A DNA stretch of 64,000 nt, from NCBI RefSeq assembly GCF_009914755.1, contig NC_060925.1; one strand, 5' to 3'. The notes beneath the pieces are model-generated. The model did not search any database. It saw nothing but the letters and a program-made list of their open reading frames with translations, and was not told the DNA's origin. Below are positions 18,926 to 37,280 of the stretch, one piece after another. The translations under genes were made by a program, and so were the position numbers. This DNA is from the human T2T-CHM13v2.0 reference genome, Homo sapiens. How positions within the stretch are numbered: the stretch's first letter is position 1; every line of letters starts with the position of its first letter.

Positions 18926-19233
18926 CACAAAACAGTAATCATTAAACAACCACCTAAACATATGCATTTCTCACTGGGATCAAACAACTCACCTATAAAA
19001 TGAGGGCATTAGAAAGGTGATTATGAAAGTCCTTTTACCATAACTATCTGTGACTCCTTCACTGCTAGCAGAGAAAATAGTCCCCCTTTTCTCCTTTGAT
19101 TATAAACAATAAATACAATCAATTCATGTTTTCTAAATGCCTATAATGAGCAATTAAAGATTACTTGAAAGAATAGCTTGATTTCATGAAGTACTTATGT
19201 TGTTGCTTAAATAATTGTTATTGATAATATTTA

Positions 19234-19597
<364 letters not shown>

Positions 19598-19814
19598 AAA
19601 ATTGTATTCTTTCACATATACAGAGCCAAATATTCCTCGAAATGGATGAAAAGTCAACAAAGAGTGCTATAGTTCAAGGGACAGCTACATAAACCACTCG
19701 TCTACCCACCCATCCATCCATCCATCTGTTCATTCTTAAAAGACATATTTATTGAGCTCCTAATATGTGTTAAATTGTGGCAAGTTAAGATGTTACGAGA
19801 CAGCAATATTCTCA

Positions 19815-20062
19815 ATGTTGGATGGTATAAAAGCATAAGGACTTTGAAGTCAGGGATGCCTGGTTTCAAATCCTGGCTCAGCTGTAGTTTTGGCTTCTGT
19901 GTAACTTTGGGCAAAGCACTTAACTTCTCTCATCCTTAGATTGCTCATCCGCACAACGGAGACAATAATACCCACTTTGATGTGTTGTTGTAAGGATCGG
20001 AAACAACACATATGAAGCCCATGTAGCCCTATGCTTGGCTTGGAGTAAACTCTCAATAAATG
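19815..20062. mobile_element. MIR
   Basis: GGTTTCAAATCCTGGCTCAG...GGGCAAAGCACTTAACTTCTCT...CTCTCAATAAAT. Confidence 0.85.
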
Positions 20063-20474
20063 ATGTCTCTCAGGGTCACCTCTCTGGGACAGCTCTTCAC
20101 GCCTTTGAACTCTTTGAACCCCAATGCCCAGCATCCTGCTATGGCTGCACCACTCCCGCAGAGCCCCCGTCTGCTCATTGCTATCATCATCAGGGGTATA
20201 GTCAGGGACACCTTGGGCAGCTCCCTGCAGCAAAAGGAGCCAGGTAGAAGAACCAGTGTGGGTGGGCTGGGAGCTGGAGGAAGAGATGGAAGAGTCCAGA
20301 ACCTGCTCTTTCTCACAACCCACGTCATCTTCATGGACCCACAGGCATCTGTCACCACAGCCCTGATCCATGCTCATCGGTTATCCTGGGGCCACCTTTG
20401 AAAAGCGTTCATATTTATTATACACTAGGATGCAGGTCATTGTAGTAGTTCAGATCATTAACTTTGGTATGAAG

Positions 20475-20950
20475 CATTCATTCAACAAATATTTATTTAA
20501 ATGAATGTCAGGCATGTGCCAGGCCTGTATCTCAGCATCTAGGAATATATCCGTGAACAAAATAGATTTAAATTCTGTGTTTTTTTAAAAAGACACTATA
20601 TTGCCCAGGCTGGTCTCAAACTCCCGGGCTCAAGGGATCCTCACCCATCAGCCTCTCGAGTAGCTGAGATTATAGGTGTATACCACTGTGCCCAGCTCAA
20701 AATCTGTCCACTTGAAGTTTACATTCTAGATGGGGAAGAGTGTAGTAAATAATAAACATAATTTGAAGCTCAGTGATTTCAGGGATACAAAAAAAGAATA
20801 AGTATAATAAATACGTAAATTATATAGTATGTTAGAAAGTGATAAGAGATGTTGATGTAGAAAAAGAAAAGCAATGGTAATTCCCTGTACAGGGAGATTA
20901 AGGGCAGGTTAGGAAAAAGCTTATAATTTGTAATAGTGTGGTCAGTGCAC
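20475..20950 (-). mobile_element. L2 fragment containing a FLAM monomer (about 20580-20697)
   Basis: CATTCATTCAACAAATATTTATT; TTTACATTCTAG; monomeric antisense Alu. Confidence 0.7.
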
Positions 20951-21019
20951 GTCTCCACAACATTTGATTCATAGTTGTTCTACTTCATAGCTCTATGACA
21001 TTGGGCAATTTACTCAATC

Positions 21020-21317
<298 letters not shown>

Positions 21318-21959
21318 TACTTAATCTCTTAAAGTCTCAGTTCCTCATCTGTAAACATGGAGAGAATGGTAGTACTTATGGGGTAGGATTGTTGTGATGA
21401 TTAAATGATGTAATATGTAACAGCTTTAGCATCTAGAGAGCACACATTACCTTTTAATTCTCTTTGAATATATTTAATATATTCTGCTTTAATATGTTGC
21501 AGAAAACTTTAATATATTGCTTAAAGCTTAAAAACAAAGCAAGGCAAGAAGAAAACCAATAATCCTGCTACACAGAGGTAACACTTAATATTGTCATAGA
21601 GACTTCCAGTCTTCTTTTCTCTGCATAAATCTACACACTTAGCAAAAAATTGAACTATACACACCGTCTTCTACACTGATTCATTTTGCTGAGTAATATT
21701 CTGAAATGAATACCACAGCATTTAAAAATGATTAAGAGAGTGGATTTACAACTAGAACACAAGGTTAAGCAATTCACTGTTCCACCTTTAAAGGAAAAGT
21801 ATTCTTGAGAAAGTGCCTCCCAGTACTGACAAATTACTTTTTATTATGAGGTTACTTAGATGTGTACAAACACAAAATGCATGTGTGTAAGCTCCTCATT
21901 ATTAAAAACAAATTTTGGAATAAAATCTCCCCTTTTCTCACTGGCTCTTACTCTGTAGA

Positions 21960-22270
21960 CAAGAAGCTTTCAAACCTTTTTAATCTGATGGCCAGAAAGA
22001 GATCCATTTTACATTATTTTTCAGTATATCCTCAGGTCTACCATGAAGTATCTATAGAGATAGATATGACATAGATACTCTATAGATTCTATCTATGCAT
22101 AGACAGGATCATAAATTCGAATCAATTCTTCATGGAACTTACTCTTATTAAGTGTGAGGCACTCAGATACTTTCTTTTCATTCCTTTAGATTTTTTTTTT
22201 CATAATGCTGGTCGGATCCACTAAAGTTGTTTTCACCACCCTCTAATGAGAAGTTATAATCTTTAGAAAA
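21960..22270. mobile_element. Probable hAT-Charlie-type DNA transposon remnant
   Basis: GCTTTCAAACCTTTTT ... TTTAGAAAA termini and AATGCTGGTC...CCACTAAA motif; family not resolved. Confidence 0.4.
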
Positions 22271-22511
22271 TCTTGTACCTCTGGAGGCAGAAACTGCGCC
22301 TTTTTTGTCTCTATATCCTTAGCACAGAGGCTAATGTTAAAGTTTATTGAAAGAAGGAAGGAATGAATGAAACTCAGTTATATTATTTTCATTTTTAGAA
22401 ATTGATCAGAACAATAGAATTCAGAGAGGTTAATTGACTTACTCAAGATCACACAGCCACAACATATTCGAACTCAGGTCTGCCTGGAACTAAAGTCTAT
22501 ACTCATTCCAA

Positions 22512-23000
22512 TGTGGTAGGTGGAGTTCACAAGAAACAGAACGTAAGACAAGGTCTGCAGCACTTCATTTATGAACAAGGTATGCTGGAGAGAAACGGGT
22601 GTGGGAGGGAAGATAGGACAAGGGAAGGATGTGAGGGAAAGGCTGTCGTCTTAGCTGGAGACTGGTTTCTTCAGCCGAGTCCCATGGGGCCGAGTCCCTT
22701 CAGCCGAGTCCCAGAACATGACGACACCACAGGGTTTGTCCCACCTCGAGGCAAGAAGGGAGCCAAGTCGGTACCTCTATGTGTCAGTGAGTCATTGGCT
22801 ATGGGCTGCAGACATTTTCCATTATTTTTCGGAATATCCCTAGGTGGGGCAGGGAGAGTACCCTCCCATGTGAAGCAGCTACCATTTGGCCAAGGGCAAT
22901 TCTCTGGAGAAGAGAGGCAGCTGTGAACAGTAGCAGCCAATGGTCATGGCCATTGGAGATGAGTCCACGCTGTGGGAAGGGATATGGGTGGGACATCAAC
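22512..23000. mobile_element. Probable old ERVL/MaLR-type LTR
   Basis: TGT start, GAAACAGA...AGACAAGG and GTCAGTGAGTCATTGGCTATGGGCTGC motifs. Confidence 0.4.
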
Positions 23001-23461
23001 AAAATCTATTGCTTTCACATTGCATCCCCAGCCACTGACTGAATGAATCAATGAATATACGTGTTTACTCAGTAATAGAAGTGGTAATATGTGTTTCAGG
23101 GGATCATTATGAACAGGAAATGAGATAATGGGTATAACTTGTTTATTTTAGTGCCCAGCGCATTCTAAGCACATAATTAAAAAATTATTATCAGCTACAG
23201 TAAAAATTAGTATTAATTTAGCAGTAATTATCCATTCATGCTATTAGCGATTATAATTTTATTTTTGTGACAATTGGCAATAAACCTTATTCTGAAGTCT
23301 CAGCTAGTTGACTGAAGAAAGATGAAAATTTGTAAAACACAAATTCCTGTCTGCCTGAGGGGGGCAGTCCTTTCTGGCTCAGACCTGCATGCGGCAATTC
23401 AGTCACTAAAGCCCCTTGGAATCCAAGGCAAGTCCACTTCAACCTAAATTCTCCAATGTTC

Positions 23462-23922
<461 letters not shown>

Positions 23923-24689
23923 GCTCTTAATTAATTCCTATGACAATGCCTAGGGATTGTGGTGGTCAGTGTGCCCTTAGAGAATGAACTGGGAGATTCA
24001 GAACGAAATCATCACCCCAGCCCCCAATAAGTCCAAGGATGTTGGATAGAGGGGTGCAGGTGGGGAACAGGGGTACCAAGGGAGATCATGGAATGTTTCC
24101 CCAGCCTGCAATCTCCCCTCCTAACCAAGAAGAGAGCAGACGCCATCTCAAATCTCATGATTTATGTTGATGTCATTGTTTCCAGACCCTGCGTCATCAC
24201 AGAGGGTAACCTTCCCAGGCTCTTCCTTCGGGCTACTGTCTGACACTCAGCATTTCCTGCTGGTGCTTGTCTGCCCCCATCCCCCTTGGCTCTACTGGTT
24301 GAGCTATTCAAATGCCTATGTAGGTTCTGCTGAATTTTCAGAACTTCACATGACTCATCCCATGCATTTCAGTGACTGCAAAGAAAAGTAAACCATTCCC
24401 GCTGCTAAAGACAGTTGTCTTTATGCTTACTGAGATTATATAAATCTGCATTTTATTTTTGCAACTTCGCAAAGAAACATTTGATGGGGGAGTAATGAGG
24501 GTAAGGGCAGGATGGGGAATAAGGTGAAACAGAAGTTACATTGCGCACAAATGCGACATGCATCTGCAGATCTTTTTTTGATTTATTTCTAAAAACATTT
24601 TCTGGGACCTGGAGCCTCATGCAACCAGATTTCTTTGCCTGTGACCCCTCTTCTACTTTAAATATGGATCAGTACCTCACTTCTCTGCC

Positions 24690-25300
24690 CCATTCTCTTG
24701 TCTTCTCTACTCTTCTAATTCCACTGCTTCAGCCTCTACCTTTGCTGATGCCTCCCCAAACTGCCCAGCTCTCTTCTCTCCTGAACATCAGCCTTGTGTT
24801 TAAGACAGCCCAATGTTACCAAAGCCAGCAAGTCCAAATTAAACCCAGTATGATTGGCCCCTTTGGTGTTTCGATTCTCAGTGAAGGACCTAACCACAAC
24901 ACCTGTTCATCAAGCTACAAACCCCAGAATCTTCAGTTTATCTTAAGAGTCTGGCTTTCCTTCTTATTCACTGTTCCTCACTCCACCTGAGTTAGCAAGC
25001 TCTCTCCATTCTACTCCAACTTCCAATGTGCCTCAAAGTCACCACTTCCTCTCCACTGCTGCCCCACTGCTTAGACCCACACTATCCCTGCTTGAACTAC
25101 GGTGAAAGCCTCCTCATCAATTTCTTTGCTTCTTCATCCATCCACTCATCTGTCCTTCACATACTTATTGAGCACCTGCAATATGCCAAGTACTGTTTTA
25201 GCATCCAGAGACACAGGAACAAAACAAACCAACAAGACCCCTGCCCTCATGAAATTTACATTCTAGTGAGGTAGCCAGATAACATACAATAAATAAAGAA
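24690..25300. mobile_element. L2 fragments
   Basis: CATACTTATTGAGCACCTG...TGCCCTCATGAAATTTACATTCTAGTG and pyrimidine-rich L2-like body. Confidence 0.6.
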
Positions 25301-25342
25301 CTTCCTACCTAAGATGGCAGTTTGAAATTTTCTCACAGAGTT

Positions 25343-26129
<787 letters not shown>

Positions 26130-27341
26130 TCAAATAAGCAAAGAAGCAATGAACTTTGAAAATTGTTAACCATGAAAATAAGCAATATTCTGGGGTAGAG
26201 TGGAGAAGCCTGACAGGACTTGGCTCCTCACCTGGTTCCCACGCCCCCTGAATCTGCAGTGGAGACCCAACAGAGTCCTGACAATTCTCATGAATACCCA
26301 CAAAGCCGAGAGAAGCCAAGCACAAAGGTTTATTTATCCATTTCCTTCTCTGACAGTAAATAAAGCAGCAGAAATACCTGTTGGGGAGAAATAGGTAAAC
26401 TGGAGGAAGTGAACAACTGGGCTGATTCTGACCATAGTGAAGACTCCAGGGCTACAAACTGAATTTCAGCACTGATGCAAAGCCTAAGGTTCTACCCTCC
26501 ATGGGACTGGTGTGTACTACCTGGCCTGGAGGAGTAGATCCCGACACATCTCCTAAATCTCGCAGTGGGCAGAGCGGAGCCCAGACATGCTAGCTCCTGA
26601 CACTCTGCCCTCTGAGCCTTCCCTGCCCTCCCCACCTGGTTCCCTCAACTCTCCCAATGAAATCAAGAGAAGAAAACAAATAGAAGAGGAAGATCGTCAA
26701 GAAGTCACCCACACGCTATCAGAACAAATAAAATGAATGGCTGAAATTCCCCAAACACGAGCAAATGAAAAGAAAAAGCATAGCAACTGTAAAACTATCC
26801 TGCAGGGTGGAAAAGGCAACGGATGAAGAAAATGACCAGAAACCCAAATGAGAGGAAACCTGACTCAAGCAATGAAGGCAATTCCTCCCAATTCTGCACG
26901 CTCTACTGCTTAATTAGAAAGTGAATTAGGTGAAACAGGAACTCAAAGAAGAGATAGTAAAATTGAAATGAGATGAAAAGAGAGATTTCAGATATAGGGA
27001 AACAAATAGAGGGCAGAATTATTATAGAGTTAAAATATAAACTAGAAATAAGAAACAAAATACTGTTAAAAATTGAATTATGATGTAGAGGAAAGGCTTA
27101 AGACAATCACAGTGAATATAAATGATAAAGAAATGGGTATGAAAGAGAGGAAAATGTGACTGAATATAAGGATAATTGGTGTCCCTTAAGTAGAGAGTCC
27201 AACACATGGAACAAAAGATGTATTCAAATGTATAATCAAGGGAATTTCCATGAAATGAAGGACTGAATATACAAATAAACGGAATAGACTGTATTCCAAG
27301 AAAAATGTAATACAGAATGTTAAATACTAAAGTGTACTCTA

Positions 27342-27665
<324 letters not shown>

Positions 27666-28220
27666 TTAAATTAGCGAACTTTAGTGATAAAAAATTTTTC
27701 AAGTATCTTAATAGAAAAAGTGAATCTTGCCAGGGGTGCAAAACCCAGGGAGGATTCAGCCTTCTTCACAGCAACATTCAAGACCAGGATACAGTGAAGA
27801 CAAAGCGCAGCCAGGTAAACTCATGCCCCAGCGATGGGAGTTACATTTGTTTAACAACTGTAGAAAAATACTTGGCATTAGCTTGTAAAGCTGACCATGC
27901 ACATATCCTACAGCTCCAGCAATTTAACCTGTGTATATATATCCTACAAAACTTATTGCTCCATATACTAGGAGACAAGCAGAGGTATGTTCATGACAGC
28001 ATTGCTCATGATAGGAAAAAACTGGAAAGAGCTGTAATTGACAGGAGAATGGATAAATGCATTGCAGTATATTCATAAAATTAAAATTCTCAACTACACT
28101 GAAAATAAATGAACTACAGCTATAGACATCAAGGTGACTGAATCTTAGGAACATACTGCATTTATCGTGTTTAAAAACAATAAAAAATAATTAAACATCT
28201 AACAATTAAATCACATATTA

Positions 28221-28643
<423 letters not shown>

Positions 28644-28724
28644 CTAGTTCTAAAGGGGGCAACGAACTTGCGTTTATTTTATTTCGATAATGTATAATAT
28701 ATTGGTTCTACATGTTTTTTGTAG

Positions 28725-29059
<335 letters not shown>

Positions 29060-29401
29060 TAAACGTTTTTAAAAATATTTTTATCACTAGGGAATAATTA
29101 AGGAAGACAATAGCACATTGTCTGTAAAAAAAAAAAAAAATGTGACTGAGAAAATGAGACCCAGACAAGATGCCATTTCAGTATAAAGGCCAAGGCACAA
29201 TCCCAAACATGAAAACACGACAAGGAATGTAACACCCGTGAGTGCTTCTTGGGAGAAAAAAGCCTGCTTGTTTTAAAATCTAACCTGTAAGGAGAATGAA
29301 TCACATGAAAAACTCAAGAATGGAGAGAGCACTGTAGAAAGACTTAGAATACTGAATCCATTTAAATGTAGAATTATGGCATTAAAGAGAGAAAACAGTG
29401 A

Positions 29402-29772
<371 letters not shown>

Positions 29773-29804
29773 CACAACATTTTTTTAATGAAAAATAAGA
29801 GATG

Positions 29805-30350
29805 AGTTTTCATATCTGGCCATGTGGCAGCGACTGATATTCAATGGGTACTCACCTGCTTTAAAGAACTGTAAAAGTGGGCAAAATAGACAATACAACT
29901 GTTTCCAGGAATTAGACCCCAAGGGACACAGGGCTGATCCTTGAGAGCCGGGAAACCCACAGGTGACCCCACAACCACCCCTGGGGGCACTCTCTGGACC
30001 CCAGTAAGGAGATGAAGAGATGTGGTCTCGCTGAGCTGGGAAGGAAGAGCTCAGAGAAGATGGAGGCTGCTGAAGTCACTGGAATTTGCGGGGGCAGGGA
30101 ACTGGAGAGGAGAAGCTGCCCAGAAGAGGAGCCCAGGACTGTAGGTGGGGGTCTTCTGGGGGAGGGCTGGACAGGGTAAGACTCAGAAGGCCCAGCAATG
30201 AGAAGCGCTGTGCAGCTGACAGCTGCCTGGAGACCCCAGGAGCCTGCTGGGGCTGAAGGATGCTGGCCTTCCCATGACGTGGAGTGGACGGGTCTTGCTA
30301 AACCCCCGGGGTGTCCAGCTCAACCCCAGCAAGGAGGAAACCTAAAGAGA
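29805..30350 (+). mobile_element. Old L1M 5'-region remnant
   Basis: CTGTAAAAGTGGGCAAAATA...ACAACTGTTT...GATCCTTGAGAG...GGAAAC resembles recalled L1M 5' ends. Confidence 0.5.
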
Positions 30351-30930
30351 AGATAAGGTGGGCATGGGACACTCAGACATGAAATCAGGAACAGTCTAAA
30401 GTCGGAACTAGTAAAACCTATATCGATTCCAGGACAAAACCAAAATCAGGGCAAGGAGACAAACAGTTTCATCATTAAATAAAAAACCAACTTAGAGGAA
30501 GCAACTTGTACCCTAATGCCCAGCTGGAAGATGCTTTCAGACATGTACTCTTAATTCAACCTGTGTCAACACAAAATGAAAGGCATTTTTCTCCCACTAC
30601 AGTATTCCCCATGAAACAAAGATCAAGATTATCGTGTAGGGCAATTAATGCTGTGTTTAAACGTCTCCTTTTGAGAATAATGCTTTAGTGTTTGTGAAAG
30701 TGTCTTTCAACTTTTAATGACTTTTATTTGTTGTTTATTTGGTGTTAATCTTCTCTTTTAGTTTTCTGTTATCAAATGTCTTTATCACGTAGAGATTATT
30801 TTTATGTTATTGAAATAATCTATAAGTACCATACATTTTCTCATAACAACAATTATGATTATTATTTTAAATAGAAACAGAAAACTTTTGAAACATTTAT
30901 GATAACCCTGACACAGGAACATGATTCACT

Positions 30931-31241
30931 GTTTCTTTTTTTTTTTTTTTTTTTGAGACGGAGTTTTACTCTCATTTCCCAGGCTGGAGTGCAGTTGCGC
31001 GATCTCTGCTCACTGCAGCTTCCACCTCCCAGGTTCAAGCGATTCTTCCCGCCTGTCTCCCAAGTAGCTGGGATTACAGACGTGCGCAGCCACCCCACCC
31101 GGCTAATTTTTTTGTATTTTTACAAGAGACAGGGTTTCACCATGTTGGCTAGGCTGGTCTCAAATTCCTAACCTCAGGTGATCTGCCCACCTTGGCCTCC
31201 CAAAGTGCTGGGATTATAGGCGTGAGCCACCAAGCCCAACC
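30931..31241 (-). mobile_element. AluSq-like
   Basis: Antisense dimer. Confidence 0.95.
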
Positions 31242-31298
31242 TCATTATTTCTTATTATGGTCACTCTGTTATCATTTAAAAACATGTAAATCGGTGGG

Positions 31299-31590
31299 GT
31301 TTTTTTTGTTTTGTTTTGTTTTGAGACAGGATCTTGCACTGTCGCCCAGGCTGAAGAAATCATAGTGATGAAATCATAGCTCACTGCAGCCTGGATCTCC
31401 TGGGCTCAAGTGATCCTCCCACCTCAGCCTCCTGAGTAGCTGGGACTACGGGTTCACATCACTACACTTGGCTAATTTTTTGACTTTTAGTAGAGACAAA
31501 GTCTCACTATGTTGCCCAGGCTGGTCTTGAACTCCCCCACCTCAGCCTCCCAAAGTGCTGGGATTACAGGCATGAGCCACTGCACCCAGC
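31299..31590 (-). mobile_element. AluJ with small internal deletion
   Basis: Antisense J-type dimer. Confidence 0.9.
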
Positions 31591-31762
31591 ATAATAGTAT
31601 TATAAAAATACAGAACAATTTATAAGTTTTGAGACATCCCAAAAAATCCTGGGAACTATGATTTGTTCCTGAATCCCAAAGATTAATATAGAACTTTTTT
31701 GACTGGTGAGCATGTTCTTCAAACTCTAGCTCACATGTCCTATCTTCTTTAAAAAAACTTTC

Positions 31763-31898
31763 TGTATTAGCCAAGGCTGATGGTTGCAAATGCCAAAAAT
31801 CTAATACAGTGGGCAAAGGGGTACTTTATTGATTCATGTAACTGGGAGTGGTTGTAGCTTCAGGCACAAGAGGACCCAGAGGTTCAGAGTGTCATGGC

Positions 31899-31929
<31 letters not shown>

Positions 31930-32200
31930 GTTTCTCCTCTGACTTAGATTTAGTTTTCCTCCACCTAAAGCTAAAGTTAGTCACACTGGGAGCTCCAGAT
32001 GTGTGTTATCCTTAAGTCTCATGATCCCAGACAAAGAGAGAGTGAACGCTTCTCTAATAGGTTTGGTGAAAGTCCCCAGGAGCTTTTGGATTGCCCCAGC
32101 ATGTGCCCCATGCACATCCCTGAGCCCGTGACTGTCAGCAGGAAGACAGAATACCCTCATGGCCAACCTTGGACCACCTGCCCTCCTCTGGGATCAGTCC
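31763..32200. mobile_element. Old MLT1-like LTR with internal (CT)n (31898-31927)
   Basis: TGTATTAG...GGTTGCAAATG; GCTTCAGGCAC; GATTGCCCCAGC...CCCTGAGCC. Confidence 0.6.
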
Positions 32201-33249
32201 TACCTGACTCCATGGAATAGATCCCCCATAAGAAAGATGGATTCTATGTGAAGAAGGCAGGGCTGTGATGCTGGGTACTGGGAAGTGACAGATGTCCCCC
32301 TCACCCTCCATTGTTTTCTCCTTCCCCGAAGAATCAGTACCTCCCTCACTTGCATGCCCATGGCTTTGGATTCTTCCTGTGTTGTATTTCTTCTCACAGC
32401 ACACTCTTGTAGGCACATCCATCTCACAGATCCATCCATCCGTGAGTTCCTCCAGGAACTGGTCTTGCTCCTGTGGCACTCCAGCACCTAGCATGTACCT
32501 GGCATGTAGTAGGTACTCCATAGCTAATATTTATTGGAATTTATTACCTGTCATGCACTATTCAAAGTTGTATATGAACTAGTTTACTCTTCACAGTAAT
32601 ACGATGAGGTAGATATTATTGTCCTTCATTAAATATTTATTGACTAAGTTAATGAAAGTAAGCCATGATTTAAAGAAGCTACCCACTGAACCCCATGATA
32701 GAATTCAAGGGCTGTCTACCATAGTTGAAAAGACTTCTCTCTGTCAAAGGGAACTATTGTCTTGTGACTACTTCCCTGAAGGTAGCATGTCTGACCACAT
32801 AACAAGGGTGGGATGACCTCCACCAAAGAGGCTGGGCCAATGCTAATGATGCAGGCCGGAGGCAGAGGGCACCAGCCACCAGGCACTCCTTGCCACCCCC
32901 ATAGCAGGGACATCATAAAATGTCTGGGTTTCCCCGGAGGCCAGCAAACAAAGGAACAACTGCCTTTTGGAGTAAGTAATCCTGATACTGCATGTAGTCC
33001 AAGGCACACAGAAGGAATCCCTCTGGCAGATAAACCGTAGAGTTGCACAGCAAGAGGGACCTTACAAATGATCTAAGACTGTGCTTTTGTTTTCAGGATG
33101 AGGAAACAGAAGCCTGTAAAGGTGAAAGGAATTGTCCAAGGTCCCGTGGTTAGTACAGAAACTAGAAACTGGAAGTAGAACCCAGATCGCTTTCTGAGTC
33201 CCCTGAGACTTTGCATATGCTGAATGATTATAAATGATTATAAATAAGT

Positions 33250-33540
<291 letters not shown>

Positions 33541-34147
33541 TAAATAAATCTTAAATCTGATTGAAGGACCCAACTTCAATACTTGGAGGTGATGTCATTA
33601 ACCTTAGCAGGTGGGCTCCACATTTTATCTTTAGCTTCCTATAAATATGCTCTAGAGAAGCTTTGGTTTGGGGGTAATCAGAGGTGGAAGCCTCAGGACA
33701 GACCCAGCTTCTGTTGCCTGGAACCCTCCATGCTCAGGATGGGCCCTGGTGCCCGGGACCTGGATGCAGACCCATTGCAGAGGTCTGCTGCATTTCCTCC
33801 AGAGTAGGACAGCAAAATGAGTTGATTTCATGTTCTGTTCATCAAAACAAGTGGCCTTCTGAGCCCATCAGCTTCTCAAGGATTCTCTCCCTGTAGTGGT
33901 TGTCACGGCCACTGTGCATTTTCTGAATCTCACCACTTCCAGCCACCAGTCTGCTAGGGTGGCCTTTTCCAACCCTATGACAATGTTTAGCACTATTATT
34001 GGAGAATTTCTAACTGACTTGATGCTGTTGCCATCTGTTTTTCTGCAATTTGGGGCTAGACCTAATCAGAATATCAGAATATCTGCTAAGCTGGGCTGCT
34101 GATTTTCTGGGATACAGACCCCAGAATACCGCCTATGCCCTCAATCT

Positions 34148-34203
34148 TCACAGAGGCAGGTCCACCAAGATGTGGTCACAGAGGCAGGTCCACCAAGATG
34201 TGG
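34148..34203. repeat. Perfect 28-bp tandem duplication
   Basis: TCACAGAGGCAGGTCCACCAAGATGTGG x2. Confidence 0.95.
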
Positions 34204-34294
34204 ATGGGTCCTAGTGCAAGGGCATGAATGGAACTCCACATACCATGTGTCTAAATGTGAAGAGGTAATACATCAAGCCAATAAACTGTTAAGT

Positions 34295-34620
<326 letters not shown>

Positions 34621-34729
34621 TTATCCTCTACCTTGATACAGTTATCTTTGTAACAACAAAAATTTTAAATATGTATAGAGCTCTGACTTTTATATGACTG
34701 CATGTCAATAAACTATTAAAGACATCTGA

Positions 34730-35047
<318 letters not shown>

Positions 35048-35288
35048 TGATGGGCTGGCAAGATCTAGCTGAGTAACAAAATAAAGACGTACATAATTCA
35101 TATGTTATCACAGCTTTTGTTCCATAAAACTAATTTACTTGCCTCGATTTTAGCAACATTATTAATTATATTATTGTAATAAAGTATTCACTTAATTTTC
35201 TTTTCCTTTACAGCAATGATATAAACAATTAAATAATGAAAGCGTAATCTGTCATGAGATTAGAGTTTTTTTTAAAAAGGCAAATATA

Positions 35289-35573
35289 GCCGGACGCGGT
35301 GGCTCACGCCTCTAATCCCAGCACTTTGGGAGGCTGAGGCGGGTGAATCATCTGAGGTCACGGACCAACACGGAGAAACCCCATCTCTACTAAAAATACA
35401 AAATTAGCTGGGTGTGGTGGCATATACCTGTAATCCCACCTACTCAGGAGGCTGAGGCAGGAGAATGACTTGAACCCAGGAGGCGGAGGTTGCAGTGAGC
35501 TGAGATCTCACCATTGTACTCTAGCCTGGGCAACAAGAGCAAAACTCTGTCTCAAAAAAAAAAAAAAAAAAAA
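35289..35573 (+). mobile_element. AluSp-like
   Basis: GACCAACACGGAGAAACCCC; TSD AAAA(G/A)GCAAATATA. Confidence 0.93.
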
Positions 35574-35827
35574 GCAAATATATTCAAAGTACACAAAATT
35601 TTAATATATTTTCACAAAAATATAAAGAAATGTAAAAAATTAAATGTTTTTGAATTTCTTCTAAAATATTTAAGTTTTTCTATTAAAAGTAAAAGCCAAA
35701 TTATGTTATAACTAGTGAATATGAACATTTTAGACCAAAATTATTCAAAAAAAGATGAAATTTTTCATTTGTTTATTGAAAATGTAATTAAATCTTATTA
35801 TATCTTTTTATTAAAAAAAGCTATTTG

Positions 35828-36125
<298 letters not shown>

Positions 36126-36665
36126 CTATTTACAATTTTAGTGTTCCAATCCCAACTAATTAATGTAACATAAAAAGTTGATATCATTTCACACAAGTTG
36201 CATCTAGATCCACACACTGGTTATCCTCAGTATTCACAGATTCCATATTTATGAATTATCTTCCTTAATAAAATTTCTTTGCCACCTCGTAATCAACACT
36301 CAGTGCTTTGGAGGTCATTTGCTGGCATGTGCAGAGCAGTGAAAAAGGTGTCACCCTACCGAACATTCCTAAGCTGAGGTCAAACAACGTGACACTCTGC
36401 CTTCCTGCTTCAGCTCTCCTACGTAAAGTGTCCTTTCCTCAGTCTATTTAGTGTCATGATTTTTTAATTTTTGTATTTTTTCACTGACTCACTGTTTGAA
36501 ATGGCTCCCAAATGTGGTGCTGAAGTGCTATCTAGTGTCATTAAGTGCAAGGGGCTTTCATGTGCTTTACTGAGAGAATACAGGCTATTAGATACGCTTC
36601 GTTCAGGCATGAGTTACAGTACTATTGGCTGTGAACTCACTGTTAATGAATCGACTATATATATG

Positions 36666-36993
36666 TTTTATTTATTTGTTTTAAGTTTTATTTTATTTAT
36701 TTTTTAAAGATAAGGTCTTCCTCTGTCCCCCAGGCTGGGGTGCAGTGACAAGACATGGCTTGCTGCAGCCTTGACCTCCTAGGCTCAAGCGATCCTCCTG
36801 CCTTAGCCTCCAGAGAAGCTGGGACTGCAGGTGCACACTACCAAGCCTGGCTAATTTTAGATTATTTTTTTTTTAAGAGACAGGGTATCCATATGTTGCC
36901 CAGCCTGCTCTCAAACTCCTAGCCTCGAGCATTCCTCTCACCTCAGCCTCCTAAAGTGTTGGGATTACAAGTGTGAGCCACTTGTGCCTGACC
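36666..36993 (-). mobile_element. AluJ
   Basis: Antisense J-type dimer. Confidence 0.92.
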
Positions 36994-36997
36994 TATT

Positions 36998-37182
36998 TCA
37001 TTTTTAATTGACACATAATTGTACATATTTATGAGGCACAATGTGATGTTTTAATACATATACACATTGTGTAATCACCATATCAGGCTAAATAGCAAAC
37101 CCAGCCCTTCAAACATTTATCATTTATTTGTGGTGAGAATATTGAAATTCCTCTCTTCTACTTGTTTTAAAATATACAATAT
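36998..37182 (-). mobile_element. L1MA-type 3' end fragment
   Basis: TTTTAATTGACACATAATTGTACATATTTATG...AACATTTATCATT. Confidence 0.8.
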
Positions 37183-37280
37183 ACTAATATATATTTACTA
37201 ATATAAATATACTAGTATATATTTATTATATATAAATGTATATATAATATATACATATATATACTAATATATATATACAC
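37178..37280. repeat. TA-rich low-complexity tract
   Basis: Directly visible. Confidence 0.85.

Noticed and set aside
19850-20401. Overlapping 101-175 aa ORFs
   Set aside because: Partly MIR-derived, with no recognisable domain or clear exon boundaries.
32709-33039. Possible MITE bounded by inverted ends
   Set aside because: Only 11 of 16 positions match between the putative TIRs and TA is on one side only, which is too weak.
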